64,000 bases of DNA from an uncultured Rhodobacteraceae bacterium (GCA_965657085.1 CBFHND010000003.1:87924-151923), one strand, 5' to 3'; shown: positions 1 to 9,915, counted from the first letter of the stretch. Notes: generated by a model not told the origin, from the letters alone. Program-made: numbers and translations.

Positions 1-1812
1 CCAAAACAGGCGCTGTTCGACCGGGGCGACCACATCTATGAATGGTTCGCCGACGCCAAGGTGAACACCTGCTACAATGCCGTGGACCGCCATGTAGAGG
101 CCGGGCGCGGCGATCAGGCGGCGATCATCTATGACAGCCCGATCACCGACACCAAATCCACGATCAGCTATGCCGAACTTCAGACCCGTGTCGCCGCACT
201 GGCCGGGGGGCTGGCTGCAAAGGGCGTGACCAAGGGCGACCGGGTCATCATCTACATGCCCATGGTGCCCGAAGCGCTTGAGGCGATGTTGGCCTGCGCG
301 CGGCTGGGGGCGGTACATTCGGTGGTCTTTGGCGGCTTCGCCGCGCATGAGTTGGCCGTACGCATCGACGACTGTGCGCCCAAGGCGATCATCGCCGCCT
401 CTTGCGGGTTGGAGCCGGGCCGCGTGGTCAAGTACAAGCCGCTGCTGGACGGCGCCATCGAGATGGCCGCGCACAAGCCCGACGTCTGCGTGATCCTGCA
501 ACGCCCACAAGAGGCCGCCACCCTGATCGAAGGCCGCGACGTGGATTGGCACCGCTTTCAGGAGGGCACGACGCCCGCCGACTGCGTTCCGGTCGAAGGC
601 ACGCATCCCGCCTATATCCTCTATACCTCAGGCACCACCGGCGCGCCCAAAGGCGTGGTGCGTCCCACTGCGGGGCATCTGGTGGCGCTGAACTGGACGA
701 TGAAGAACATCTACAACGTCGATCCCGGCGATGTGTTCTGGGCCGCATCAGATGTGGGTTGGGTCGTTGGCCACAGCTATATCTGTTACGCGCCGTTGAT
801 CCACGGCAACACCACCGTGGTGTTCGAGGGCAAGCCCGTGGGCACGCCCGATGCCGGCACCTTTTGGCGGGTGATTTCCGAACACAACGTGCGCAGTTTC
901 TTCACAGCCCCCACGGCGTTCCGTGCGATCAAGCGCGAAGACCCCAAGGGCGAGTTCCGCAAGCCCTACGATCTGTCGTGCCTGCGCGCATTGTATCTGG
1001 CCGGCGAACGCGCTGATCCGGACACTATCGAATGGGCGCAGGACCTTTTGGGCGTCCCGGTTTATGATCACTGGTGGCAGACCGAAACAGGCTGGACCAT
1101 CGCGGGCAACCCCGCGGGGCTTGAGCCTTTGCCGGTCAAGATCGGCTCGCCCACCGTGGCGATGCCAGGCTATGACGTGCAAATTCTGGATGAAGGTGGC
1201 AACCAGATGCAACCCGGCGAGCTGGGTGCGATTGCGATCAAGTTGCCGCTGCCGCCCGGCACCCTGCCGACGCTCTGGAATGCAGAGGGCCGGTTCAAGA
1301 AAAGCTATCTGAACACCTTCCCCGGATATTACGAGACCGGCGACGCGGGCATGATCGATGCCGACGGGTATCTCTATATCATGGCGCGCACGGACGATGT
1401 GATCAACGTGGCGGGCCACCGCCTGTCCACCGGCGCGATGGAAGAGGTTCTGGCCGGTCACCCTGATGTGGCCGAATGCGCGGTGATCGGGGTGACGGAT
1501 CAACTCAAGGGGCAGATGCCCATGGGCTTTGTCTGCCTGACCAAAGGGGTGAACCGCGCCCACGACGAGATCACCGCAGGATGCGTGAAGCTGGTGCGGG
1601 ACCAGATCGGACCCGTTGCCGCCTTCAAGCTGTGTCTTGTGGTCGACCGCCTGCCCAAAACACGGTCTGGCAAGATCCTGCGCGCCACCATGGTCAAGAT
1701 CGCCGACAGCGCGGAGTTCAAGATGCCCGCAACCATCGACGATCCGGCCATTCTGGATGAAATAAAGACAGCGCTGCAGACGATCGGTTACGCTGGAGGC
1801 TCGGATTCTTAA
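1..1812 (+). CDS. prpE: AMP-forming acyl-CoA synthetase, propionate--CoA ligase type (5' end cut by window edge)
   Basis: Frame 1 is open from nt 1 (..WFADAKVNTCYNAVDRH..), so the gene starts upstream of the window. AMP-binding motif YTSGTTGAPKG and C-terminal PKTRSGKILR are present. Stop at 1810-1812. Confidence 0.75.
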   Translation, partial: PKQALFDRGDHIYEWFADAKVNTCYNAVDRHVEAGRGDQAAIIYDSPITDTKSTISYAELQTRVAALAGGLAAKGVTKGDRVIIYMPMVPEALEAMLACARLGAVHSVVFGGFAAHELAVRIDDCAPKAIIAASCGLEPGRVVKYKPLLDGAIEMAAHKPDVCVILQRPQEAATLIEGRDVDWHRFQEGTTPADCVPVEGTHPAYILYTSGTTGAPKGVVRPTAGHLVALNWTMKNIYNVDPGDVFWAASDVGWVVGHSYICYAPLIHGNTTVVFEGKPVGTPDAGTFWRVISEHNVRSFFTAPTAFRAIKREDPKGEFRKPYDLSCLRALYLAGERADPDTIEWAQDLLGVPVYDHWWQTETGWTIAGNPAGLEPLPVKIGSPTVAMPGYDVQILDEGGNQMQPGELGAIAIKLPLPPGTLPTLWNAEGRFKKSYLNTFPGYYETGDAGMIDADGYLYIMARTDDVINVAGHRLSTGAMEEVLAGHPDVAECAVIGVTDQLKGQMPMGFVCLTKGVNRAHDEITAGCVKLVRDQIGPVAAFKLCLVVDRLPKTRSGKILRATMVKIADSAEFKMPATIDDPAILDEIKTALQTIGYAGGSDS

Positions 1813-1827
1813 CACAAGGCCAATGAT

Positions 1828-3054
1828 GTGACAGCTTCCAACCCGGACCGTGCCCAAGCCATCCAGACCCTTGTGGACTGGATTTTGCAGGAGGGGTTGG
1901 ATGGCACACCGTTCGAGCCGCTGATCGAGCACCTGTGCGAAAGCCTTGTCGCCGCCGGTATTCCGCTGCTGCGTGGCAATTTCTCGATGCGGGCGCATCA
2001 TCCCGAAGTGGGTGCTTTTGCCTATCGCTGGAAGCGCAAGACCGGCATTGTTCACGAGACATATGAACGTTCCACCACGGCGGGGACCGGATGGGAGCAA
2101 AGCCCACTCTACAAGCTGGTGCACGGCAACGACGCCGAATTGCGCCACCGCCTGACCCAAGCAGAAGAGCCGTTTCCCTTCCCGATGTTCTATGAATTGA
2201 AGGAAATGGGCGCGACGGACTATTTCGCCAATCAACTGACCTTTGCCGACCAATCGACCCGAATACCGGGCGATCAGATCAGCACAACCGTTGGCTTGCT
2301 GGCGTCGTGGACCAGTGATGGCCCAGACGGGTTTTCCGACGCGGACCTGGAGGATTTGCGGCGCATCCTGCCACCGCTGGGGCTGGCCCTGAAATCCAAC
2401 GCCAATCATAAAATGGCGTCTGACCTGTTGTCCGCCTATCTGGGTGCTGATGCGGGCGGGCGGGTGCTGTCGGGAGACATCGGACGCGGGTCGTTGCAGA
2501 CCATCGAAGCGGTGATCCTGTATTTTGACCTTCAAAGCTTTACCAAGTTGTCCGAGGCGCTGGACGGCCCCGAGATCATCGAAATGCTGAACGACTATTT
2601 CGGCAGCGTCGTGCCCATCATCGAAACCCGTGGCGGCAATGTGCTGAAGTTCATGGGCGACGGTCTGCTGGCCATATTTGAAAAGGACAAGGTGCCGGCA
2701 ACCGAGTTGACCGCCATCAAAACCATCATCGATCTGCAAGAGGCGGTCAAAGAGATCAATGACCGGCGCGCCAAAGAGGCGCTGACCTGCACCGGCTTTT
2801 CGATCGCCGTACATGCGGGCGAAGTGCTTTATGGCAACATCGGATCAAGCGCACGATTGGATTTCACCGTGATCGGTCCGGCAGTCAACACGGCGGCCCG
2901 TTTGATGGGCATGTGCAGCCTCGTTGATCAGACAGTGATCGTGGCCGCCAATGTCGCGCGGCCCGTCATGTCCTTGCGCGATGATCTGGTGTCGCTTGGC
3001 CAATACCGCCTGCGTGGCGTCGCGGACCGCCAAGAGCTTTTCACTCTGGACTGA
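1828..3054 (+). CDS. Class III adenylate/guanylate cyclase with an uncharacterised ~210-aa N-terminal domain
   Basis: GTG start with AAGG 8 nt upstream. C-terminal catalytic motifs YFDLQSFTK, KFMGDGLLAIF and VIGPAVNTAARL. Confidence 0.8.
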   Translation: MTASNPDRAQAIQTLVDWILQEGLDGTPFEPLIEHLCESLVAAGIPLLRGNFSMRAHHPEVGAFAYRWKRKTGIVHETYERSTTAGTGWEQSPLYKLVHGNDAELRHRLTQAEEPFPFPMFYELKEMGATDYFANQLTFADQSTRIPGDQISTTVGLLASWTSDGPDGFSDADLEDLRRILPPLGLALKSNANHKMASDLLSAYLGADAGGRVLSGDIGRGSLQTIEAVILYFDLQSFTKLSEALDGPEIIEMLNDYFGSVVPIIETRGGNVLKFMGDGLLAIFEKDKVPATELTAIKTIIDLQEAVKEINDRRAKEALTCTGFSIAVHAGEVLYGNIGSSARLDFTVIGPAVNTAARLMGMCSLVDQTVIVAANVARPVMSLRDDLVSLGQYRLRGVADRQELFTLD

Positions 3055-3210
3055 GTTCACGCGGGTTGCTGGTCCGACGAGAATGGTTTCGCCCTTGCCC
3101 GCGACCGGATGATCGCACCGCACATCTGACGAAAGCGTGAAGTCACCTCCGCTTGTTTGGGAGTCGAACGCTGGCTAGGCTGACCAAAGGTCAATCAAAG
3201 AGGTGGCACA

Positions 3211-3666
3211 ATGCTCAGGCGATGGATTTTGATGGCGGTCGCGGCGCTGGGATTTGGCGGGCAAGCCTTTGCCGCCGAAGGCACCCGCATTCAGGTCAAG
3301 GGCGAGCTGATCGATACATGGTGCTACTATTCCGGCGTCATGGGTGGCCCGGATGCCGTTGTGGGCAGTGCCCATCACACCTGTGCGTTGTGGTGCAGCG
3401 CGGGCGGTATTCCCGTCGGCCTGCTGGCCGAAGATGGCACCGTCTACATGGTGTTGAAAATTGACGACGATGACCAATCTGCAGGTGGCGACACCGCCCT
3501 GCGCATGGCCGCCCACACGGTCGAGGCCGATGGCATGCTGTATGAACGCGACGGGTTGAATTACCTCGTGGTCAGCGCCGTAACCTCCGACCTCGATATC
3601 CAGACCCTCAACCACGAAGATTACGGCAACGTGCCGCCCTTCTCGATCCCGGATCCGAACAAATGA
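3211..3666 (+). CDS. Secreted Cys-motif protein, paralog A (function unknown)
   Basis: SD AGAGGTGG upstream. Signal peptide MLRRWILMAVAALGFGGQAFA|AEG. Motifs DTWCYY and HHTCALWC. Its stop overlaps the next start (ATGA at 3663-3666). Confidence 0.65.
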   Translation: MLRRWILMAVAALGFGGQAFAAEGTRIQVKGELIDTWCYYSGVMGGPDAVVGSAHHTCALWCSAGGIPVGLLAEDGTVYMVLKIDDDDQSAGGDTALRMAAHTVEADGMLYERDGLNYLVVSAVTSDLDIQTLNHEDYGNVPPFSIPDPNK

Positions 3667-4223
3667 GACATCTGATTGCAATGCTGGCCCTGATCGCCGG
3701 CCCCGTCGCGGCTCAGGACTTCTCCGAAGGCTCGAACGCCAGATCGTGGAACCTCTATGCCGAACAGCCTGCCACCTTCGAGGCCGAAGTCGTGGACCTT
3801 CTGTGTGACCTGACCGGCGATTGCCCAGCCGACTGCGGGGCCGGAAAGCGCCAGCTTGGACTGAAACGCACCGCTGATGGGGTGACGGTACTGCCGCTGA
3901 AAAACAGCCAGCCCGCCTTTTCCGGGGCAGCGACCGATCTGGCACCCTTCTGTGGTCAGACAGTGACGGTGGACGGTCTTTTGATCGAGGATCCGGACCT
4001 GAATGTCAGCAACGTCTACCTGGTCCAGACGATCACCCCCGCAGGGGGTGAAACGGTCAAGGCCAACCAATGGACAAAGGTGTGGGCCAAGATGAACCCC
4101 GAGGCCAAGGGCAAAGGCCCATGGTTCCGCCGGGACCCGCGTATCAAGGACATCATTGCATCCGAAGGCTACCTTGGCCTCGGTCTTGAAGAAGACGCGA
4201 CCTTCATCGCAGAAAACTTCTGA
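3663..4223 (+). CDS. Secreted Cys-motif protein, paralog B (function unknown)
   Basis: Signal peptide MRHLIAMLALIAGPVAA|QDF. Motif LLCDLTGDCPADCG. Aligns by eye with the preceding product. Its stop overlaps the SCO gene start (TGATG). Confidence 0.65.
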   Translation: MRHLIAMLALIAGPVAAQDFSEGSNARSWNLYAEQPATFEAEVVDLLCDLTGDCPADCGAGKRQLGLKRTADGVTVLPLKNSQPAFSGAATDLAPFCGQTVTVDGLLIEDPDLNVSNVYLVQTITPAGGETVKANQWTKVWAKMNPEAKGKGPWFRRDPRIKDIIASEGYLGLGLEEDATFIAENF

Positions 4224-4813
4224 TGCAGCAGCGCGTTGCGGCGTGGGTCTGTGCGGCGTTCGTGATGATGGGAACAGGGGCGGCGGCACAGTCGCCCTTT
4301 CCGCTGGCTCTGGGCGGAGACTATGCCCTGACCGATCACACAGGCGGCACGCGCACGCAGGCTGATCCGGACGGGCGCGCGCAACTGGTGTTTTTCGGTT
4401 ACGTGAATTGCCCCGACATCTGCACCGCCGCCTTTCCGATGATGGCGGATGTCACGCAGACACTGGAAGACGAAGGCGTTTTGATCACTCCGGTGATGAT
4501 CACCATCGCCCCCGATATCGACACGCCCGAAGCGATGCAGGCCCCCTTGCGCAAATGGCATGACCGTTTTGTGGGGCTGACGGGATCAGAAGTGGCGCTG
4601 GCTGCTGCCTATGAGGCCTTTTCGGTCGAGATCACGCCGCTGTTTCAGGACCCCGAATACGGCTGGATTTACGCGCACGGCAGTTTCATCCACCTACTGG
4701 ATGCCGAGGGTGAGGTTCTGACGCTGATCCCGCCCATCCTCGACGCCGAGCGCGCGACCGAGATCGTGCGCAGCTATGTGGGCGCTACCCCACCCGAGGG
4801 TCCAGCCGACTGA
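4223..4813 (+). CDS. SCO1/SenC-family copper chaperone / thiol-disulfide protein
   Basis: N-terminal hydrophobic signal or anchor. Hallmark FFGYVNCPDIC (CxxxC) and downstream conserved His (AHGSFIH). Confidence 0.85.
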   Translation: MQQRVAAWVCAAFVMMGTGAAAQSPFPLALGGDYALTDHTGGTRTQADPDGRAQLVFFGYVNCPDICTAAFPMMADVTQTLEDEGVLITPVMITIAPDIDTPEAMQAPLRKWHDRFVGLTGSEVALAAAYEAFSVEITPLFQDPEYGWIYAHGSFIHLLDAEGEVLTLIPPILDAERATEIVRSYVGATPPEGPAD

Positions 4814-5825
4814 TCGTCGACAGGTATTCATTGGAATAATCCACCTCCAGTTCGATCCAGACCGGCAGGTGGTCGGACATCTCGTGGGTGCGCCAGTCAC
4901 TGTATTCACTGGACCAGTCGGCATAGGGCTTGCCGGTATTGGGGCGGCTGCGAATGGCCTTGGCGACCTCTTCGTAATCGGCCACCTCGTCGTCGGTAAA
5001 AACCGCCTGCTGCCACTTGATCACCCCATGCTCCAGCATGTGCGATTCCGCGGGTGGGCCACAGAAAGCGATCTGATCATAATGCTTGGTGCCGGTCAGC
5101 GACGTAGGGCCGATATCGGGCACGTGAAACCCGTTCTCGGTCAGGGCCAACATCCCCGGATCATCGCGTTCCTCAATGTTCATGTCGCCGAGGAAGATAT
5201 GCACCTCGTCGGTGTCATCCGCGCGTTTGGCCAGTTCCTTGGCCACCACGCGAATTTCGTCCTCGCGCATGGGGCGGCCGTCTTCTTCGGTAAAGACGAT
5301 GTGCGCGCTGCAAAGGGTAAAGCGGAACCACCCGGCCTGAAAGGCCGCGAAAAAGGGCGTGCGCCCCACCTGTTCGTCGCCGGGCAACGCGCCCTTGGGC
5401 AGCACCAGTTCGCCGATGAGGTTGCGGAATTGCACCTTGTTGCGGTTGTAGACAAAGGCCATGCGCTCGTGATTGCCGCGCCCTGCGCCCGAACTGTCGT
5501 TGATGAAGAAATCCCAGTTGGGGCCAAGCAGTTTCATCAGGCGCTGCATGGCTTCGATGTTCTTGACCTCTTGAATGGCGCAGATGTCGAAATGATCGAT
5601 GATCTCGGCGATGTAGTGAAAGCTTTCGTCGAGGCGTGGGCGCCCCCCATCGAAGTGGCGGATGTTCCAACTGCCGATGATCAGACTGTGCGGTTGGCGG
5701 CGCGCGGTGATCTGGCCATTAAGCATTGCTCGCAGGCGCAACAGACGGTCCGCGATCCAGCCGCCCTGCCCCGGTTCGGTGCGTCCACGGGGGTATGCGT
5801 ATTTGAGAGATTGGTAGAAAGCCAT
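4785..5825 (-). CDS. Endonuclease/exonuclease/phosphatase (EEP, DNase I-like) family protein
   Basis: EEP motifs SWNIRHF, ICAIQEV, GDMN and C-terminal SDHLPVW. No signal peptide. The 3' end overlaps the SCO gene convergently by 29 nt. Confidence 0.75.
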   Translation of the reverse strand: MAFYQSLKYAYPRGRTEPGQGGWIADRLLRLRAMLNGQITARRQPHSLIIGSWNIRHFDGGRPRLDESFHYIAEIIDHFDICAIQEVKNIEAMQRLMKLLGPNWDFFINDSSGAGRGNHERMAFVYNRNKVQFRNLIGELVLPKGALPGDEQVGRTPFFAAFQAGWFRFTLCSAHIVFTEEDGRPMREDEIRVVAKELAKRADDTDEVHIFLGDMNIEERDDPGMLALTENGFHVPDIGPTSLTGTKHYDQIAFCGPPAESHMLEHGVIKWQQAVFTDDEVADYEEVAKAIRSRPNTGKPYADWSSEYSDWRTHEMSDHLPVWIELEVDYSNEYLSTISRLDPRVG

Positions 5826-5947
5826 TGCAAGTCCTCGAAATGAGATTGGTTCAATGGCTGGACCTTACCACAGATCTTCGCGTCATGCGCGAAGAAACAC
5901 AAGCGACGGGCCACATCAGGTGGCTCTTTGCCCAATGCACCTGCGGC

Positions 5948-7165
5948 TTATTCAGGCTTTGGGATTTCTTCACCCAAAGAAGAATGAGCTTCGCCCGGAT
6001 TGGGCGTCAGGTCATAAGGTTTGGCAATGCGCCAGACATGAGCAGGGATCATGTTCTTCATCTTGGCCGGTGCTTCGCGGCGCAGATGCAGGATGGTTTC
6101 GGCGGCTTTCATTTCCAGCCGCGCGCGGGCGAACTCCAGCCCCCTTGGGCCAATACGCGGTTGCAGGAAGCTGACCAGAGGCCGCAGCCAGCGCGGCATG
6201 CGGCGCAGCGGAAGACCGCCCGCGGCACGCGCGGTGTTGGCGATGAAGCCCTTGACCGCGCTTGTTCGGTTGCCCCGCGAGTCCAGTGGCGAGAGGGTGA
6301 TGTCGCTGCCCAATGCCTCCAGCATTTCCGCGCCACGGGCATTGCGCACCAACAGCCATTGATCGCCCTGCCCCGCCATGTAGCCCACTGTGATATCGGC
6401 CAAGGCGTTGGTGTAATCAACACAGGTCCGACAGGTCAGCGGAAAGAAGTCCGACGGCAGGTCGCTGATCGGCAGGCTGAGGAAAGGGACAAGCCGCGTG
6501 CGCCCATCGGCATAGCGCAACTCAACCCGGTAATCGGCGCGGAATTCGAGATAGGTGATGGTGTCCGGCGCGTCGTCCAGCAGGGCCAGGAACTGGTGAA
6601 ACGCCTCGGTCGTCGTGTTGTCGGAACAGGGCGTGCCAATGACATAGAGACGTTCAAAGCCCAACTGCGCCTCAAGCGCGCGCAGCGCGTAGACCTGACA
6701 GGGGATACCGATCAGGCCAAGCCGTTTGATGCCGCGCGCCTGTGCCTCTTCCAGCAGGGCCAGCAACGGCGCATAGCCCATGCGCATACCCTGCGCGCGA
6801 ACCATGTCGGCAGCATCAGTGATCAGCGCGGGCACCGGCTTCCAGCGGTCCTGTGCATCCGGCACCATGGTCAGCACCGCCTCCACCGTTCCTTGCGCCA
6901 GAAGACGCGCACCCAGCGCGGTCGTGATACCCGTCCATTGCGCGCCTGCGGCAGGCGGCGTCAGCCGCGCGCGGTGCATCGCCTGTACGGGGCCAAAAAA
7001 CACCTCGTCGCCCGTCCCGCGCACACGGCCATGCACGGCCTGTTCCAGCCTTGGATAGTCGGGTTTGATGAACTGGCAGGCTTGCCCGCAGGCGGACGGA
7101 TCGGCCATGCGCGACACTCCGCAATCCGTGCACAGGCTGCGCGGTGCGGGCGCGCGCAGGTCCAT
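5948..7165 (-). CDS. FrhB/HCAR-like (coenzyme F420 hydrogenase beta-subunit family) Fe-S flavoprotein
   Basis: N-terminal Cys cluster CTDCGVSR..CGQACQF. Central IGIPCQV and GTPCSDN motifs are typical of the FrhB/FdhB family. Its start overlaps the nadK stop by 1 nt (TGATG). Confidence 0.6.
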   Translation of the reverse strand: MDLRAPAPRSLCTDCGVSRMADPSACGQACQFIKPDYPRLEQAVHGRVRGTGDEVFFGPVQAMHRARLTPPAAGAQWTGITTALGARLLAQGTVEAVLTMVPDAQDRWKPVPALITDAADMVRAQGMRMGYAPLLALLEEAQARGIKRLGLIGIPCQVYALRALEAQLGFERLYVIGTPCSDNTTTEAFHQFLALLDDAPDTITYLEFRADYRVELRYADGRTRLVPFLSLPISDLPSDFFPLTCRTCVDYTNALADITVGYMAGQGDQWLLVRNARGAEMLEALGSDITLSPLDSRGNRTSAVKGFIANTARAAGGLPLRRMPRWLRPLVSFLQPRIGPRGLEFARARLEMKAAETILHLRREAPAKMKNMIPAHVWRIAKPYDLTPNPGEAHSSLGEEIPKPE

Positions 7166-7926
7166 CAGGTGAACTGCTCCGAAATCAGGCGCTCTTCGAG
7201 ACCGTGACCGGGATCAAACAGGATGCGATGTTCGACCGACGGTTCGGACCGGATCACCACGCGCCGCACATCGGTCACCGACCGGCTGTCGGCGTCGGCC
7301 ATCACCGGGCGCTTTTCGGGTTCCAGCACGTCGAACTGCACCTCGGCGGTTTTGGGCAGCAGTGCACCGCGCCAGCGCCGGGGGCGAAAGGCCGCCACGG
7401 CCGTCAGTGCCAGAACATCCGACCCGATGGGCAGGATGGGGCCATGGGCGGAATAGTTGTAGGCGGTGGAGCCCGCCGGGGTCGCCACCAGCGCGCCATC
7501 GCAGCTGAGCGCGTCCAGCCGCAGCCGCCCGTCCACGGTGATGCGCAGCTTGGCCGCTTGCGGGCCTGCGCGCAGCAAGGACACTTCGTTGATGGCCAGC
7601 GCCTCGTGGACCGACCCATCGCCACAGGTGGCGGTCATGGCCAACGGGTTGATCACCGCCTCTTCGGCGGCCTCGAGCCGGTCCACCAGATCGGTTTCGC
7701 TGTATTCGTTCATCAAAAAGCCGATTGTGCCCCGGTTCATCCCGTAAACAGGGGCAGGCAAATGTTGGGTGCCGTGCAGCGTTGCCAGCATGAACCCATC
7801 ACCGCCCAACGCCACGATCACGTCGGCCTCATCCAACGGCACATCGCCGTAGCGCACGACCAATGCCGCCCGCGCGGTCTGGGCCACGGGGGCCGAACTG
7901 GCGGCAAATGCGATCTTGAGGGCCAT
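7165..7926 (-). CDS. nadK: NAD+ kinase
   Basis: GGDG motif ([10 protein letters not shown]). Start chosen at MALKIAF, with AGGAAA SD upstream, rather than the longer track ORF. Confidence 0.85.
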   Translation of the reverse strand: MALKIAFAASSAPVAQTARAALVVRYGDVPLDEADVIVALGGDGFMLATLHGTQHLPAPVYGMNRGTIGFLMNEYSETDLVDRLEAAEEAVINPLAMTATCGDGSVHEALAINEVSLLRAGPQAAKLRITVDGRLRLDALSCDGALVATPAGSTAYNYSAHGPILPIGSDVLALTAVAAFRPRRWRGALLPKTAEVQFDVLEPEKRPVMADADSRSVTDVRRVVIRSEPSVEHRILFDPGHGLEERLISEQFT

Positions 7927-8092
7927 GGTGTTTCCTATCGGCGGCGTTCTGCCTGATTTGAAACATATTATTCCTGCCGCCGCCAGCTTTGCCGCAATAT
8001 CCAAGCCTTGCGTCGTTTTACCCGCTTTCGGGATTGGTTTGTTTCCGATACGAAACGCGGCAAATGTGATTCACCATGCAGGAGCCTGCCCC

Positions 8093-9388
8093 ATGAATGC
8101 GCCGCACCGCCAACCCGGATTTTTCACTCAATCGCTGGAAGACCGCGACCCCGAACTGTTCGGCGCCGTACGCGATGAATTGGGCCGCCAGCGCGACGAG
8201 ATCGAGCTGATCGCGTCAGAAAATATCGTGTCGAACGCGGTGCTCGAGGCGCAGGGGTCTGTTCTGACCAACAAATACGCCGAAGGCTATCCCGGCCGCC
8301 GCTATTATGGCGGCTGCCAATTCGTGGATGTGGCCGAGAACCTCGCCATCGACCGGGCCAAGCAGTTGTTCGACTGCGGCTTTGCCAACGTGCAGCCAAA
8401 TTCAGGCAGCCAGGCCAACCAGGGTGTGTTTCAGGCGTTGCTGAAGCCCGGTGACACCATCCTTGGCATGTCGCTGGATGCTGGTGGTCACCTGACGCAC
8501 GGTGCGGCCCCCAACCAGTCGGGCAAGTGGTTCAACGCCGTGCAATACGGCGTGCGCCGCGACACGCTGAACATCGACTACGATCAGATGGAGGCGCTGG
8601 CGCTTGAGCACAAGCCGCAGATGATCATCGCCGGTGGGTCGGCCATCCCGCGCCAGATCGATTTCGCGCGCATCCGCGAGATCGCGGACAAGGTCGGCGC
8701 CTATGTGCTGGCAGACGTGGCGCATTTCGCCGGGCTGATCGCGGCGGGCGAATATCCCTCGCCCTTCCCGCACTGCCACGTGGCCACGACCACCACGCAC
8801 AAAACCCTGCGCGGCCCGCGCGGCGGCATGATCCTGACAAATGACGAGGCACTGGCGAAAAAGTTCAACTCCGCCATCTTCCCCGGCATTCAGGGCGGCC
8901 CGCTGATGCATGTGATCGCAGCCAAGGCCGTCGCCTTTGGCGAGGCGCTGGACCCTTCCTTCAAGACTTACCAGCAGCAGGTGATCAAGAACGCGCAAGC
9001 GCTGGCCGATCAGCTGATGAAAGGTGGGCTGGATACCGTCACGGGCGGCACCGACACCCACGTGATGCTGGTCGATCTGCGACCCAAGGGCGTGAAGGGC
9101 AATGCCACCGAAAAAGCACTGGGGCGGGCGCATATCACCTGCAACAAGAACGGCGTGCCCTTCGATGATGAGAAACCCACCATCACATCGGGCATTCGCC
9201 TTGGCTCTCCTGCGGGCACCACGCGCGGCTTTGGCGAGCCCGAATTCCGCCAGATCGCGGATTGGATCATCGAGGTGGTCGATGGGCTGGCCGCCAATGG
9301 CGAAGACGGCAATGCCGAGGTCGAGGCCAAGGTGCGCGGCGAAGTCGCCGAGTTGTGTGCGCGTTTCCCGCTTTATCCCGACATGTAA
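8093..9388 (+). CDS. glyA: Serine hydroxymethyltransferase
   Basis: PLP-Lys motif [13 protein letters not shown]. Start at MNAPHRQ (AGGAG SD at about 8080). The track ORF from 7916 is an upstream extension. Confidence 0.95.
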   Translation: MNAPHRQPGFFTQSLEDRDPELFGAVRDELGRQRDEIELIASENIVSNAVLEAQGSVLTNKYAEGYPGRRYYGGCQFVDVAENLAIDRAKQLFDCGFANVQPNSGSQANQGVFQALLKPGDTILGMSLDAGGHLTHGAAPNQSGKWFNAVQYGVRRDTLNIDYDQMEALALEHKPQMIIAGGSAIPRQIDFARIREIADKVGAYVLADVAHFAGLIAAGEYPSPFPHCHVATTTTHKTLRGPRGGMILTNDEALAKKFNSAIFPGIQGGPLMHVIAAKAVAFGEALDPSFKTYQQQVIKNAQALADQLMKGGLDTVTGGTDTHVMLVDLRPKGVKGNATEKALGRAHITCNKNGVPFDDEKPTITSGIRLGSPAGTTRGFGEPEFRQIADWIIEVVDGLAANGEDGNAEVEAKVRGEVAELCARFPLYPDM

Positions 9389-9394
9389 TTCCGA

Positions 9395-9424
9395 CGGGCA
9401 CGCCGCGTATCCGCGTCGTGCCCG
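9395..9424 (+). terminator. Hairpin after glyA (possible terminator, weak U-tract)
   Basis: CGGGCACG-c-CGCG tatc CGCG-t-CGTGCCCG followed by GATTGCCTTTG. Confidence 0.35.
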
Positions 9425-9540
9425 GATTGCCTTTGACCCACCAGAACCCTTTGCGGGTGAACAAAAGCAATCCCGTTTGTGAAAACTGCAAAGGCCGGTC
9501 GCCCGCCAGTTGGATGCGCTGTTTGTGGCGTGCTGTTCCG

Positions 9541-9915
9541 TTACAGATGACCGGTTGCCCGCGCCCAGATCAAAAACGCCACCACAACGATCAGCAGGTT
9601 GAACACGATCACACCTGCAAGCCCCAGCAATTTGCCCCGCCGCACGTCCGCCCGGTCGATGGCCTTGAGATGTGCCAACATCTCGGCTTCTGCCCGCGCG
9701 ACGGCCTCGGTATCGACCATGCGCATCAGCTTGGGGTTGCCGCCCAGCGCCTGTGCTTCAAGGATGACCGCCCCCTGCCGGTGCAACCGTGCCGGCAAGC
9801 GTCGCCCCGCCTTGCGCAAAGCGGCCTCAAGGCTGCGCGCCTTGACGCCCAGAGCGCCCGTGACGCAGCGCCGCAAACGGTCCGCCACGGCATCAATGTC
9901 CTGCCCTTGCATCAT
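9541..9915 (-). CDS. Hypothetical protein with C-terminal transmembrane helix
   Basis: ORF with hydrophobic tail GLAGVIVFNLLIVVVAFLIWA. No recognised motifs. Confidence 0.45.
   Translation of the reverse strand: MMQGQDIDAVADRLRRCVTGALGVKARSLEAALRKAGRRLPARLHRQGAVILEAQALGGNPKLMRMVDTEAVARAEAEMLAHLKAIDRADVRRGKLLGLAGVIVFNLLIVVVAFLIWARATGHL

Noticed and set aside
748-2814. 688-aa minus-strand ORF spanning prpE and the cyclase gene
   Set aside because: It is antisense to two genes with clear catalytic motifs. Its product is Gly/Arg/Ala/His-rich with no motifs. This is a typical stop-poor shadow frame of GC-rich DNA.
4776-7956. Plus-strand ORFs 4776-5843, 5825-7207 and 7144-7956
   Set aside because: They are antisense to the EEP, FrhB-like and nadK genes, each of which shows family motifs on the minus strand. 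The plus-strand products have none.
7916-8092. N-terminal 59-aa extension of the glyA ORF as listed in the track
   Set aside because: It would overlap the nadK start region divergently. A strong AGGAG SD precedes the internal ATG at 8093, and SHMT proteins are about 430 aa.
7927-8092. Possible ZTP/THF-type riboswitch upstream of glyA
   Set aside because: I looked for the conserved pfl/ZTP elements (for example the CCGCCTGGGC-type 3' half) and did not find them. Only a 7-bp GGCGGCG/CGCCGCC stem around an AT-rich 32-nt loop is present, which is more likely to be divergent promoter DNA.
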